Counted from the stretch's first letter, positions 1 to 10,199 are shown. The stretch: DNA of 51,533 nt from Thermoplasmatota archaeon (GCA_022848805.1 JAJISI010000002.1:1-51533), one strand, 5' to 3'. The notes: generated by a model not told the origin, from the sequence alone. Numbers and translations: made by a program.

Positions 1-815
1 ATGCGCGCGAGGCCGGGCTCAAGATATGCTACCATCTGATGCCTGGACTGCCAGGTAGTAGCTACGACGACGATATGCGTTCCTTCGTCTTGATGCTCGA
101 GGACGAACGGTTCAAGCCCGACATGCTGAAGATATATCCTACTCTGGTTGTGGCGGGCACGGAGCTGCACGAGATGTGGAAGAATGGCGAATACATGCCC
201 TTGTCTCTTGAGGCGGCGACCCGACTCGTGGCTGACATGAAGAGAAGTGTTCCTTCATGGATGAGGATCCTAAGGGTGCAGAGGGACATCCCCGTGCAAC
301 TAATCGAGGCAGGGGTGAGGAAGAGTCATCTCCGTGAGCTGGTGGCGGAGGAGTTGTCGGCGGCCGGCGAGTCGTGCAAATGCATTCGATGCAGGGAGGT
401 CGGGCACGCCAGAATCAGCGCTGACGACGCGGAATCGGAAGACACGTCGTTCAACGAACTTTCTTATCGGGCCGCGGGCGGGACGGAGTACTTCGTCAGT
501 TGCACCATATCGGGGACTTCGATTCTTATCGGATATGCGAGGCTCAGATGTCCCGACGGGTCATCGTCCTCCACTGCCACGATTCGTGAGCTCCATGTCT
601 ACGGTCAGATGGTTCCGATAGACGAGCCGGCGAAGGATCGTTGGCAGCACAGGGGCATCGGCGAAGAGCTGATATCGCGCTGTGAGGAGAGGGCGTCCTC
701 CGTTGGGTTATCTTCTATTAGAGCCACGAGCGGTGTGGGCGTCAGGGAGTATTACAGGCGTCTGGGTTACGAACGGACGGGAACGTACATGACGAAACCG
801 CTCCCCGGAGGCTGA
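1..815 (+). CDS. elp3: Elp3-family radical-SAM/GNAT tRNA U34 modification enzyme, C-terminal part (5' end outside window)
   Basis: The frame is open from the window edge (codons from nt 3 read AREAGLKICYHLMPGLPG), so the ATG at 39 is internal. Elp3-like stretch KIYPTLVVAGTELHEMWKNGEY and C-terminal GNAT motif WQHRGIGEELI. Stop at 813-815. Confidence 0.85.
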   Translation, partial: AREAGLKICYHLMPGLPGSSYDDDMRSFVLMLEDERFKPDMLKIYPTLVVAGTELHEMWKNGEYMPLSLEAATRLVADMKRSVPSWMRILRVQRDIPVQLIEAGVRKSHLRELVAEELSAAGESCKCIRCREVGHARISADDAESEDTSFNELSYRAAGGTEYFVSCTISGTSILIGYARLRCPDGSSSSTATIRELHVYGQMVPIDEPAKDRWQHRGIGEELISRCEERASSVGLSSIRATSGVGVREYYRRLGYERTGTYMTKPLPGG

Positions 816-876
816 ACCAGCGACATTATGATTATATCAAATAACCCTTACCAGTTTCGACCGGAGGAGACGCCAG

Positions 877-2757
877 GTGCCATGCCTAAAATGCGAACAA
901 CCCTGTGATGAGAGCGCACTTATCTGTGACGAGTGTGCCGATTCGTGCTTGGGGGAGGCGCGGTTCTTCCTCAGCCCGGTTCTGATTGGTCCAAGCCTCT
1001 ACGCGCGTCTCAGGTCGGAAGGGTCCATCGCCTGCCTGCTCGGCCCCGTATCTGACGGAGAGGCCGTGCTGACAACGTCGACGGATATTCGGAGGATACT
1101 GCAGGAGGCGATTCCGGAGGGCATGTCTGACGACGAAGCTAAGGCATTCCTGGATCTCTGCAACGAGACGCTCGCCCACATGGGCGTTCCGCTGAAGTTC
1201 CATCCCTCCGCGATGCTGTTGACCACGGATGCCGCTGAGACGACGATGGCGGTTCGGATTAAGGCCGAGGCCGTGCTAGCCGGCCATGAAACAGCCGCAG
1301 TCAGTGACCTTAACTTGCGAATGGGCGTTGTGTACTGGAGCGCGCTTCGCGGCGTACTCTTGAGAGCCGCTAGCAAGAAATGGAGGGTGGCTAAGCGGGC
1401 CGAACTGGTATCCAAGGCGAAGGCGTACTTCTCGAAGGTCGACGAACGCGACGACCTGTTCTCCATCGCGTCCTGGAACCTGGGTATGCTGTGCTCTGAA
1501 GTTGGCGAGTGGGAGGTTGCACGGGAGCATCTAGAGCGGACGTTGAAACACTTCCCTAACGACCAGGAAGTCGCAGAGACTCTTGCAATAGCGGACCTGG
1601 AGCTTGGAAATCAGATGGACGCGCTAGCTAGGGTCGACGAGATACTTGTACAGACTCCCTCGCCAGGCCTATGGTCGCTCAAGGGCCGGATCCTTCTTAG
1701 CATGGCCAAAAAGGAGGAGGCGCTCGAGTGCTTCAGCCAGGCGATATCCTCGGACCCGCGCACGATCGATGCGCACAACCAACTGATTGCCACGCTTCGG
1801 TCCATGGGTAGAGATGAGGAGGCCTCGCTTGCTGAGCAGCAGAAGACTCTGTCCAGAAGGCCCGATCTCGAGGAGAAGATTTTCGAGGTCGTGGGTGAAC
1901 TGACGAAGGTCTCTTCCCATTCAGATCCCGGTCGTCCCAGAATCCGTCAGCTTGCGAAGGCCAGGGATGAGGTCGTGGGCGAACCCGCGGAACCCGTCAC
2001 CCAGCTCGACCTTGCACTCGCAGCGCTCGAGACCAAGGATTATGACACGGCTATACAGCGTGCACAGCATATTGTCGACAGCGACCCCGGCTCGCGAGAG
2101 GCGAACCTCGTACTGATCGAAGCGTATGTGGCGAGTGGAGATATCCCGCAGGCATCATCAAGAGTGCATTCCTTCTACGAGCGTCACAGGAGTGACCCGC
2201 ATGCTTGGTACTGGCGAGGAGTGGTCGCCGACAGAGAAGGTAAATGGGGAGCGGCCGTGCAGTATTTCAGCAAGGCGGTGACGCTGGACCCAGAGCTGGC
2301 CGTCGCATGGGCTGCCATGGGTGCTACGCTGCTTGAGAACGACAAGTACAACGGCGCGGACGAGAGCTTCTCACGTGCACTCCAGGTCGACCCCGGTAAT
2401 GAGGAGGCATGGTTAGGAAAGGGCAGGACTATGCGTGCGCTCGGTAGGTGGGGTGCCGCCATTCAGTGCCTGGACAAATACAACTCGCTGGTTCCGAACG
2501 ACAAGGATGCATGGCTTCTCAAGGGGGATATCCTCTTCGACAAGGAGAAGCACAGGCGAGCCATCGACGCTTACAACAAGTACATCGAACTCCATCAAGC
2601 AGATTCGTACGCACTGGGAAAGAAGGGAGTCGCGTTCAACATGCTCGGCATGTTAGATGATGCCATCACGTGCCTCGAGGAGAGCGTCCGCCTCGACCCG
2701 TCGAACAGGGAAGCGGTCAAATGGCTCGACACGTTGCGCGACGGGGGGTCGATCTGA
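877..2757 (+). CDS. TPR-repeat protein with Cys-rich N-terminal zinc-ribbon-like motif
   Basis: GTG start at 877 preceded by GGAGGAG (864-870). N-terminus MPCLKCEQPCDESALICDECADSC. The rest is serial 34-residue TPR-like helices (e.g. AWYWRGVVADREGKWGAAVQYFSKAVTLDPE, AWLGKGRTMRALGRWGAAIQCLDKYNSLVPND). Confidence 0.75.
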   Translation: MPCLKCEQPCDESALICDECADSCLGEARFFLSPVLIGPSLYARLRSEGSIACLLGPVSDGEAVLTTSTDIRRILQEAIPEGMSDDEAKAFLDLCNETLAHMGVPLKFHPSAMLLTTDAAETTMAVRIKAEAVLAGHETAAVSDLNLRMGVVYWSALRGVLLRAASKKWRVAKRAELVSKAKAYFSKVDERDDLFSIASWNLGMLCSEVGEWEVAREHLERTLKHFPNDQEVAETLAIADLELGNQMDALARVDEILVQTPSPGLWSLKGRILLSMAKKEEALECFSQAISSDPRTIDAHNQLIATLRSMGRDEEASLAEQQKTLSRRPDLEEKIFEVVGELTKVSSHSDPGRPRIRQLAKARDEVVGEPAEPVTQLDLALAALETKDYDTAIQRAQHIVDSDPGSREANLVLIEAYVASGDIPQASSRVHSFYERHRSDPHAWYWRGVVADREGKWGAAVQYFSKAVTLDPELAVAWAAMGATLLENDKYNGADESFSRALQVDPGNEEAWLGKGRTMRALGRWGAAIQCLDKYNSLVPNDKDAWLLKGDILFDKEKHRRAIDAYNKYIELHQADSYALGKKGVAFNMLGMLDDAITCLEESVRLDPSNREAVKWLDTLRDGGSI

Positions 2758-5369
2758 TGGTCGAACTCGACAAGATCCTCAGCGAGCGGTCCGATGAGAT
2801 AATACTCTCGGCCCTTCACGCGGTGTCTGAGTACGAATTCAAGACGGCCGTCGAGCGCGTGCTCGGGTGTCTGGGTTTGAAGGTGACTCGAAGCCGTGCG
2901 CGTGCAGATTTCATCATAGCCGACTGCATTCACAGACCCGACGATGCGAAGTACGTCGTCTTTTTCTCGAGGCGCGACGAGGGCGTGTCCAAGCAGTCAC
3001 TAGATAGTCTGATAGGATACATGAAGAGGATAGAGGCCCGGAACGGGCTTGTGCTCTCGACGTCGTCGATACTGCCCGCCGCCGTGAAAGCAGCAGAGGC
3101 CAACAACGTTGGCGTCGCTGACGGGCCGAAGCTCGCAGCACTGATACGCAGATTCGACCTGGACCGCGCCCTCATCCACGAAGCGGACATTGCGAGGGAA
3201 CGTGGCAGGCATGCATCCGTCGTAGGTCTCGATGAAACCGTTGCGAAGATGATGGCTGAAGGACACGACGCCTTATCCAGCAGAGATTATGTGAAGGCCC
3301 TTGAGTGCTTCGATCAGGCGATTCTGCTCCATGACGGATACGATGTTGCCTGGAGGGTGAAGGCCATCGTATTGGATGAGATGGGATTCCACGAACAGGC
3401 CCTCGAGTGCTTCAAGCGCGCTGTCGACATGAATCCCGACAGTGACGAAACGTGGTTCGCCTTGGGCAATTGTCTGTATTCACTGTCGAGTCACGATGAC
3501 GAGCTTAGGTGCTATGACAGGGCGTTGGAGATCAACCCGCTACACCCGAAGGCACTCGTGAACAAGGGATACGCACTTCACAGACTCGGCCGGTACCGGG
3601 AGGCGCTCGACGCGTACGACACGGTGCTGAAGAGGAACTACCGATTGGAGAAGGTGCACAACAACAGAGGAGTGACCCTCCATAAGCTAGGCAGGAGCGA
3701 GGAGGCGCTGGAATCCTATGCCCACGCGATAGCCCTCAGACAGGGGTATTCCGAGGCTTGGCTTAACAAGGGCAACCTCTTGCACGAGCTAGGAAGGGAC
3801 GATGAGGCGTTCGAAGCGTTCATTCACCTGACGGACCTAAGGCCTGACTCCGCGACGGCCTGGTATCTCAAAGGCGTTGTCGCTGCGGCGCTCGGACGAA
3901 AGGCGCTGGCCAAGAGATCTCTGGAGGAGAGCCTGAGACTTGATCCGGACGGTTCGCAGACGAAACAGATGCTGGAGGACATTGAGGGGACCGACGATGA
4001 ACCGATCGTAGAGCCTCCTCGCCTTATGGAGGAGATATTCTCGCCGGAGCCAGAGGTCGAAGCCGAGACGCCCGTCGAAATCGAGCCCCCTTCTCCCCCA
4101 GAGGTCGACGTCGATTCAGTGGTTCCAGAGGAGACCGTTGAGCAGCTGGCCGAGGAACTCTACGGGGATAGGGCGGAGTTCCTACTTCTCCTCGGGAGGC
4201 TCGATGAAGCCTACGACCTGATTGGGAAGTCCTTGCGCCTGGAGGGCGACAATTCGAGGCTCCTCACTGCTGCCGGGAACGTCCTCTTCAAACAGGGCAA
4301 GTTCGAGGCTGCGATTAGAACATACGAGCATGCCTACGCGGTCGACCCAAGACACGCACCAGCCATCTACAATCTGCATATGGCGCTCATGGTGGCGGGT
4401 GAGGTGGACCTTGCGCTCAAGGTGAGTGAGTCGCTTAGGGAATTGGGGAGCGGTTGGCAAGAACGGGCAGCTTCCGCGTTGGAGGCGCAGAAGAGAAAAG
4501 ACTATCGGCAGGCGATTGAGGACATCGAGACTGCCCTGGCATTTGCGAACTTGGCTATGCTAGTCAACTACAAGGGCGTACTTCAGCTCTTATCGCACGA
4601 TACTGACGGTGCTTCGGAGACCTTCGGCAGACTGATATCGTCGACTTTCGACCCGTCGGAGGCACATAACAACCTGGGGGTCGCCAATCTCTGGAAGGGC
4701 AATCTAGGGGACGCCGTCTCCGAGTTCGACAAGGCAATCAGAATGAAGAAGAACAACCCCACCGCATGGAACAACAGAGGATGCATACTGTATAGGGAGG
4801 AACGGTTGCGGGAGGCAGTCGCTTGCTTCGAGGAATCACTCGTTATCAACCCGACTGCGGTAGCCATGACGAACAAGGGATTCAGCCAGCTCTCTCTCGA
4901 CATGCTTGAGGAAGCTACCGTCACATTCGAACAATCCACAAAGATAATGGCGACACCTGAGGCATACAACAACAAAGGGATAGCTCTCAGGAGGCAGGGA
5001 AAGCTCGACGAGGCGATTACCGCGTTCAGAGAGGCCCTTAGGATCGCGCCTCAGTTCGGGGACACGAGTACGAACCTCCGTGAGGCGGTCGCCGCAAGCC
5101 AGTCCGCCACTAAGGAGGTGAAGGTCGAGACCGAAGATGCCGAGATACTTTCGCCCCCTTCGCCGGACACGGACGACGAGGAGGCCAAGAAATCCGACCA
5201 TCTGGAGTTGCTGCGACACGAGACGGAGGGCACGTTGAAGGGACTGAGAAAGGCGGAGCTGGAGGCCATATGCATCGCTGTCAGCATCAGCTCAAAAGGG
5301 ACGAAGAAAGAGCTGACATCAAGGATTCTCAAGGAGAGGCGACGTCTGCTTAGACGGAGAAAGCGTTGA
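2757..5369 (+). CDS. Multidomain TPR protein: restriction-endonuclease-like N-terminal domain, two TPR arrays separated by an acidic Pro/Glu linker, C-terminal SAP/HeH-like motif and basic tail
   Basis: ATG at 2757 overlaps the upstream TGA (ATGA coupling); the longer ORF-track start at 2670 would overlap the upstream gene by 88 nt. N-terminus EFKTAVERVLGCLGLKV..ADFIIAD..YVVFFSRR..GLVLSTSS resembles the Mrr-type nuclease fold layout. Many TPR units follow. C-terminus LKGLRKAELEAICIAVSISSKGTKKELTSRILKERRRLLRRRKR. Confidence 0.7.
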   Translation: MVELDKILSERSDEIILSALHAVSEYEFKTAVERVLGCLGLKVTRSRARADFIIADCIHRPDDAKYVVFFSRRDEGVSKQSLDSLIGYMKRIEARNGLVLSTSSILPAAVKAAEANNVGVADGPKLAALIRRFDLDRALIHEADIARERGRHASVVGLDETVAKMMAEGHDALSSRDYVKALECFDQAILLHDGYDVAWRVKAIVLDEMGFHEQALECFKRAVDMNPDSDETWFALGNCLYSLSSHDDELRCYDRALEINPLHPKALVNKGYALHRLGRYREALDAYDTVLKRNYRLEKVHNNRGVTLHKLGRSEEALESYAHAIALRQGYSEAWLNKGNLLHELGRDDEAFEAFIHLTDLRPDSATAWYLKGVVAAALGRKALAKRSLEESLRLDPDGSQTKQMLEDIEGTDDEPIVEPPRLMEEIFSPEPEVEAETPVEIEPPSPPEVDVDSVVPEETVEQLAEELYGDRAEFLLLLGRLDEAYDLIGKSLRLEGDNSRLLTAAGNVLFKQGKFEAAIRTYEHAYAVDPRHAPAIYNLHMALMVAGEVDLALKVSESLRELGSGWQERAASALEAQKRKDYRQAIEDIETALAFANLAMLVNYKGVLQLLSHDTDGASETFGRLISSTFDPSEAHNNLGVANLWKGNLGDAVSEFDKAIRMKKNNPTAWNNRGCILYREERLREAVACFEESLVINPTAVAMTNKGFSQLSLDMLEEATVTFEQSTKIMATPEAYNNKGIALRRQGKLDEAITAFREALRIAPQFGDTSTNLREAVAASQSATKEVKVETEDAEILSPPSPDTDDEEAKKSDHLELLRHETEGTLKGLRKAELEAICIAVSISSKGTKKELTSRILKERRRLLRRRKR

Positions 5370-5399
5370 TACGCACAATCCCAGGAATCTCTGCCCTGG

Positions 5400-5645
5400 T
5401 TATGCGATGTTCATGACAACGACGTCTCGGACAGCCCTCATTTCGCTGAACGGAAGCACTAGTCTGCCGTCGGAATCGGTCTTGAACAGTCGCGGCTCGA
5501 CCTCCTCAGCCGGGATCACGAGGACGTTCTGAAGCTCACCAGTCTTCGTATCTATGAGGAAATTCTCTATCATGCCGAGTATCTGGCCATCATTGGTCAT
5601 CACGGTCTTGCCCTTCAGCTCGGTAATGAATTTACGCATGGTCAT
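5400..5645 (-). CDS. PRC-barrel domain protein
   Basis: 81-aa ORF (ELKGKTVMTNDGQILGMIENFLIDTKTGELQNVLV) typical of stand-alone archaeal PRC-barrel proteins. GGAGATGG precedes the ATG. It lies 11 nt downstream of cdc48 on the same strand. Confidence 0.75.
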   Translation of the reverse strand: MTMRKFITELKGKTVMTNDGQILGMIENFLIDTKTGELQNVLVIPAEEVEPRLFKTDSDGRLVLPFSEMRAVRDVVVMNIA

Positions 5646-5656
5646 CCCATCTCCAA

Positions 5657-7879
5657 CTACCTGTAGTAGCCAAGGGCGTTATCATCTTTGACCCTCTTAG
5701 ATATTGCGGTTACCATCTCCTTGGCCAGTGATTCATACAGCTTTGCAGTTTCCTGGTCCGTTGAAGCTCTAACGAGCTTCAGCGCCTCCGAGAAGTTGCT
5801 CGAAGTGACCTTGTTCGCTCCCTTCTTGTGTCTGAGCGCGATGAGACCCGCCTCTCGGCAGAGGTTCTCGAGGTCGGCTCCGACGTACCCGTCGGTCTTC
5901 TCGGCGATTGCGTCGAGATCGACTCTTTCGAGCGGCATGTTGCGGGTGTGCACCTCCAGTATCTTCCGCCTGCTTGCAGTATCAGGCAGCGGGATGAGGA
6001 GCAGTTTGTCGAATCTTCCTGGACGCAGCAACGCCTTGTCGAGTATGTCCGGACGGTTGGTCGCCGCTATCACGAACACGTTGTCCAGGGAGTCCATGCC
6101 ATCCATGGAGGTGAGGAGCTGATTGACTATTCTCTCCGTCGCACCAGAGTCGTGATGGCTCCCGCGCTTCGGTGCGATCGCGTCGATCTCGTCTAGGAAG
6201 ACGATCGATGGCGCAACCTGCTTCGCCTTTTTGAATATCATCCTGACGGCCTTCTCGCTCTCCCCGACCCACTTTGACATGATCTCTGGGCCCTTGATGG
6301 AGATGAAGTTGGCTTTGGACTCGTTCGCTATCGCGCGCGCGACGAGCGTCTTCCCCGTTCCTGGCGCTCCGAACAGCAGCGTTCCGCAGGGGGGTTTGAT
6401 TCCGAGCCTGACGAAGGATTCCGGGTCATCCAAAGGCAGCTCGATCGCCTCGTTCATCGCCTTCTTGACCTCATCCAGTCCCCCGACGTCCTGCCAGGTC
6501 GCCTTCGGTATCTCGACGAAGACCTCTCTCAACGCGCTCGGTTCGATCTCCCGCAACGCGTCCTGGAAGTCCTGCGCGGTCACGCGCATCTTCTCGAGTA
6601 TCGCGGTCGGGATGGGCTTTCCGAACTCGATTTCCGGGAGGTATCTCCTCAGGGCGCGCATGGCGCTCTCTCGCGCGAGCGCCGCCAGGTCAGCTCCGAC
6701 GAAGCCGTGCGTGATGTCCGCGATACGGTCCAGCGTCACGTCCTTCTCGAGAGGCATCCCTCTGGTGTGTATCATCAGTATCTCAAGCCTGCCTTCGGAG
6801 GTCGGGGCGCCGATCTCTATCTCTCTGTCGAACCTGCCAGGCCGACGAAGCGCCGGGTCGATAGCCGCTTCCCTGTTGGTCGCCGCGATGACGATGACAT
6901 TTCCTCTGGATGTCAGTCCGTCCATGAGCGTCAGAAGTTGGGCGACCACCCTTCGCTCGACCTCTCCCTGCACCTCGTCTCTCTTCGGTGCGATCGAGTC
7001 CAGTTCGTCAATGAATATCACAGAGGGTGAGTTCTTCTCGGCATCGGAGAATATCTCTCGGAGGCGTTCCTCGCTCTGGCCGTAGAACTTGGACATTATC
7101 TCAGGACCCTGTATCGCGAAGAAGTTCGCTCCAGCCTCGTTGGCCACGGCCCGCGCGATTAATGTCTTACCAGTACCCGGAGGCCCGTAGAGCAAGATCC
7201 CCTTCGGAGGGTCGATCCCAAGTCTGGAGAATATCTCAGGGTGCTTGAGTGGGAGCTCTGTCATCTCCCTTATCCTCTGCAGTACCCCCTCCAGCCCGCC
7301 GACGTCCTCGTAGGTCACAGATGGTCGTGTGAGCTCAGTCGCCTCGATTGGTTCAGTCCTGACGGAGAGATCGGTGAACTCGCTTACCTGGACTATTCCG
7401 TTCGGCGTGGTGGAGGCGACGACGAACGGGAGGAATCCTCCCATAAGCGCGATGTTCGGAATGATGATCTCGTCTCCTTTGACCACCGCACGGTTCAGGA
7501 GGCCCTTCTTGAACAACCCTTCCACCCCCTGGCCGAATCTGACTCTCTTACCATGTGGTATCTTGGGAGCGACGATGATTTTCTTCGCAGGCTGCCCCTC
7601 CGCCTTCTTCACGACTACCTTCTCGCCGATTGAAATGCCAGCGTTTCCTCGGATCATTCCATCGATCCTGATAACGCCCTTGCCCTCATCCTCATGGGCC
7701 GCTCTGAAGACCTTCGCTGCTGTCATCTTCTTGCCCGTGACCTCTATGATATCACCGACATCGATCCTCAGAGTCTTCCTGGTCTCGGAATCGATTCTCG
7801 CCCGCCCAAGACCGACTTCCGATTGATGATGAGCTCTCGCAACTTTCAGTGTGACCGTGTTCGCAGCCTTCTTCGACAT
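5657..7879 (-). CDS. cdc48: CDC48/VCP-like AAA+ ATPase (N-domain plus two AAA modules)
   Basis: Two Walker A motifs (GPPGTGKTLIARAVA, GAPGTGKTLVARAIA), Walker B motifs IIFIDELD and IVFLDEID, and a double-psi-barrel-like N-domain (LKVARAHHQSEVGLGRARID). Confidence 0.95.
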   Translation of the reverse strand: MSKKAANTVTLKVARAHHQSEVGLGRARIDSETRKTLRIDVGDIIEVTGKKMTAAKVFRAAHEDEGKGVIRIDGMIRGNAGISIGEKVVVKKAEGQPAKKIIVAPKIPHGKRVRFGQGVEGLFKKGLLNRAVVKGDEIIIPNIALMGGFLPFVVASTTPNGIVQVSEFTDLSVRTEPIEATELTRPSVTYEDVGGLEGVLQRIREMTELPLKHPEIFSRLGIDPPKGILLYGPPGTGKTLIARAVANEAGANFFAIQGPEIMSKFYGQSEERLREIFSDAEKNSPSVIFIDELDSIAPKRDEVQGEVERRVVAQLLTLMDGLTSRGNVIVIAATNREAAIDPALRRPGRFDREIEIGAPTSEGRLEILMIHTRGMPLEKDVTLDRIADITHGFVGADLAALARESAMRALRRYLPEIEFGKPIPTAILEKMRVTAQDFQDALREIEPSALREVFVEIPKATWQDVGGLDEVKKAMNEAIELPLDDPESFVRLGIKPPCGTLLFGAPGTGKTLVARAIANESKANFISIKGPEIMSKWVGESEKAVRMIFKKAKQVAPSIVFLDEIDAIAPKRGSHHDSGATERIVNQLLTSMDGMDSLDNVFVIAATNRPDILDKALLRPGRFDKLLLIPLPDTASRRKILEVHTRNMPLERVDLDAIAEKTDGYVGADLENLCREAGLIALRHKKGANKVTSSNFSEALKLVRASTDQETAKLYESLAKEMVTAISKRVKDDNALGYYR

Positions 7880-8084
7880 CCGGTGCGTAATCCCCCACGC
7901 TGTCCAAAAAACTTTTGGAGGCCGTGCGGGGTCAGCTGAGTAGCGAGTTGAGGTTCGAAATATCGCGACGGAAAATGCCCGTCATCCGTCGCAGGGGATG
8001 CATATAACAGTACATGCGGACATTGCACAACTCCATGTCCTTCCGCGTGCTGGGCGCCCGGCTTGCTCAGGGTTAGAGAGAAAG

Positions 8085-8093
8085 CCTTAAAAT
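8085..8093 (+). promoter_or_regulatory. TATA-like box upstream of the oxidoreductase operon
   Basis: CCTTAAAAT lies about 36-44 nt upstream of the ATG at 8129 in the divergent cdc48/por intergenic region. Confidence 0.3.
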
Positions 8094-8128
8094 GCCTTCT
8101 CTTATTCGAATAGTAGCGAGGCGTTGGA

Positions 8129-9013
8129 ATGTACGAAGTTCGTTTTCATGGTCGCGGCGGACAGGGGGCGGTGATGGCCGCTCAGGCGCTCGCGAGTGCG
8201 GCGCATGCTGAGGGAGGCTACGCCACTGCTTTTCCGTTCTTTGGGGCTGAGAGAAGAGGCGCTCCCGTGCTTGCGTTCACAAGGATCGATGACAAGAGGA
8301 TCTACAGGAAGACGCAGGTGTACGAGCCCGATTTCGTGGTGGTGCTGGACGAGGGTCTGCTGGAGATAATCAACGTCGTAGAAGGGTTGCGAGACGGTGG
8401 GATCGTCGTGATCAACTCTGCGAAGAAGCCTGAGGAGATCGATGTGGGCATGGATGTGAAGATCGCCACCATTGATGCTACGAGCGTCGCGCTCGAGATA
8501 CTGAAGCGACCAGCCACGAATTCTCCGATACTAGGCGCCTTCTCGAAGGCAACGGACCTTGTCAAGATAGAATCCATCGAAAAAGGTATTATGCAGGTGT
8601 TCGGAGACCGGTTGGGTCCGAAGATCGGTGAGAAGAACGCGAAGGCAGCTCGTGCGGCGTACGAGAAGACCGTTATCGGCACATCCCACGGAAAGCGTCA
8701 GCTGAAAGCAACAGAGAAGTGGTTGCCGGATGTGAATGAGTTGCCCATGGGGGTCGCGTGCGAATCAATCAAGACTGCTGCTGGTCCCGTCGGACCAGGA
8801 TCGTTCGTAGAGAGCAAAACCGGCAGCTGGAAAGTGTTCAGACCGGAGTACGATAAGGAGAAGTGCACCATGTGCAACATCTGCTGGTTCTACTGTCCTG
8901 AGGGATGCATATACCGAAAGGATGATCACATGGACTTCGACATGGACTACTGCAAGGGCTGCGGAATATGTGCGAATGAGTGCCCGGTCGAGGCCATCAG
9001 GATGGTGAGGTGA
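8129..9013 (+). CDS. Pyruvate/2-oxoacid:ferredoxin oxidoreductase, fused gamma-delta subunit
   Basis: N-terminal gamma signature [33 protein letters not shown]. The C-terminal delta part has two 4Fe-4S motifs ([32 protein letters not shown]) in one ORF. Confidence 0.85.
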   Translation: MYEVRFHGRGGQGAVMAAQALASAAHAEGGYATAFPFFGAERRGAPVLAFTRIDDKRIYRKTQVYEPDFVVVLDEGLLEIINVVEGLRDGGIVVINSAKKPEEIDVGMDVKIATIDATSVALEILKRPATNSPILGAFSKATDLVKIESIEKGIMQVFGDRLGPKIGEKNAKAARAAYEKTVIGTSHGKRQLKATEKWLPDVNELPMGVACESIKTAAGPVGPGSFVESKTGSWKVFRPEYDKEKCTMCNICWFYCPEGCIYRKDDHMDFDMDYCKGCGICANECPVEAIRMVR

Positions 9014-9017
9014 TCCT

Positions 9018-10199
9018 ATGGTGTCGAAGATATGCACAGGTAACTACGCTGCGGCTTACGGTTCGATGCGGTCGAGGGCGAGGGTGGTAGCAGCCTATCC
9101 TATCACGCCTCAGACGTTCATTGTGGAGCACATATCGGAGTTCGTCAACAACGGAGAGATGGACTGCGAATACATCGAGGTGGAGAGCGAGCATTCCGCG
9201 ATGAGCGCCTGCGTGTCCGCAAGCGCCTCAGGCGTACGCACGTTCACTGCGACATCCTCCCAGGGGTTGGCGTTGATGCATGAGATCCTGCCGATTGCGA
9301 GCGGGATGAGGTTGCCCGTCGTCATGGCTGTCGTGAACAGGTCGATAGCTGCCCCGATAAACATCTGGGTGGAGCACAACGACATAATGCCAGAGCGTGA
9401 CTCCGGATGGTTGCAGGTGTTCTGCGATAACAATCAGGAGGTTCAGGACATGATCCTCCAGGCATATCGCATCGCCGAGGACAAGCGCGTGGCTCTTCCT
9501 ATGGCGGTCTGCCTTGACGCATTCATACTCTCGCACACCGTTGAGCCGGTGGATCTTATCGAGCAGGAGGACGCAGATAAGTACGTCCCCGAGTACAGCC
9601 CTCCGAGCCCGATCCTCGACACAGACGATGTCAAGGCGGTCGGCGTGTTCACACCACCGGACTACATGATGGAATGCAGGTGGCAGACCGACGATGCCAT
9701 GAGGCGGTCTGCTGAGGCGATTCGCGAAGCGAATGCAGCATTCGTCAAGCAGTTCGGAAGGGATCATGGCGGACTCATAGACCCTTATATGGTCGACGAC
9801 GCAGACGTCGTTCTTGTGACCATGGGGACGGCAAGCTCTACCGCCCACGAGGTCGTGGACGATATGAGGGGCGAGGGCAAGAAAGTAGGTCTCGTCAAGC
9901 TGAGATTCTGGCGCCCGTACCCAGGGCGCGAGCTCCGGGCGATAGCTGAGAAGGTCCAAGCCGTCGGTGTGTTCGACAGGGCGGTATCGTACGGGATCGG
10001 AGGCCCGTCGTTCATCGAGCTGAGGAACGCCGCATACGGCCTTGATGTGCCGATAATGAATTTCATAGGGGGATTGGGCGGCAGGGACGTCTCCCTTGCA
10101 GACGTCCGCTTCATGTACGAACGTCTACTTGAGACCGCCAAGACGGGCAAGGTCAGGCGTGATGTTACATGGATGGGCACCCGGGGGGTAGAACAGTGA
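9018..10199 (+). CDS. porA: Pyruvate/2-oxoacid:ferredoxin oxidoreductase alpha subunit
   Basis: GNYAAAYG..VVAAYPITPQT..VESEHSAMSAC..TATSSQGLALMHE is the typical PorA/VorA alpha-subunit N-terminus. It starts 4 nt after the upstream stop. Confidence 0.9.
   Translation: MVSKICTGNYAAAYGSMRSRARVVAAYPITPQTFIVEHISEFVNNGEMDCEYIEVESEHSAMSACVSASASGVRTFTATSSQGLALMHEILPIASGMRLPVVMAVVNRSIAAPINIWVEHNDIMPERDSGWLQVFCDNNQEVQDMILQAYRIAEDKRVALPMAVCLDAFILSHTVEPVDLIEQEDADKYVPEYSPPSPILDTDDVKAVGVFTPPDYMMECRWQTDDAMRRSAEAIREANAAFVKQFGRDHGGLIDPYMVDDADVVLVTMGTASSTAHEVVDDMRGEGKKVGLVKLRFWRPYPGRELRAIAEKVQAVGVFDRAVSYGIGGPSFIELRNAAYGLDVPIMNFIGGLGGRDVSLADVRFMYERLLETAKTGKVRRDVTWMGTRGVEQ

Noticed and set aside
6231-7085. A 284-aa plus-strand ORF inside cdc48, and similar shadows (7329-7826, 5688-6122).
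   Set aside because: It lies opposite the strongly supported CDC48 reading frame and has a Ser-rich low-complexity translation.
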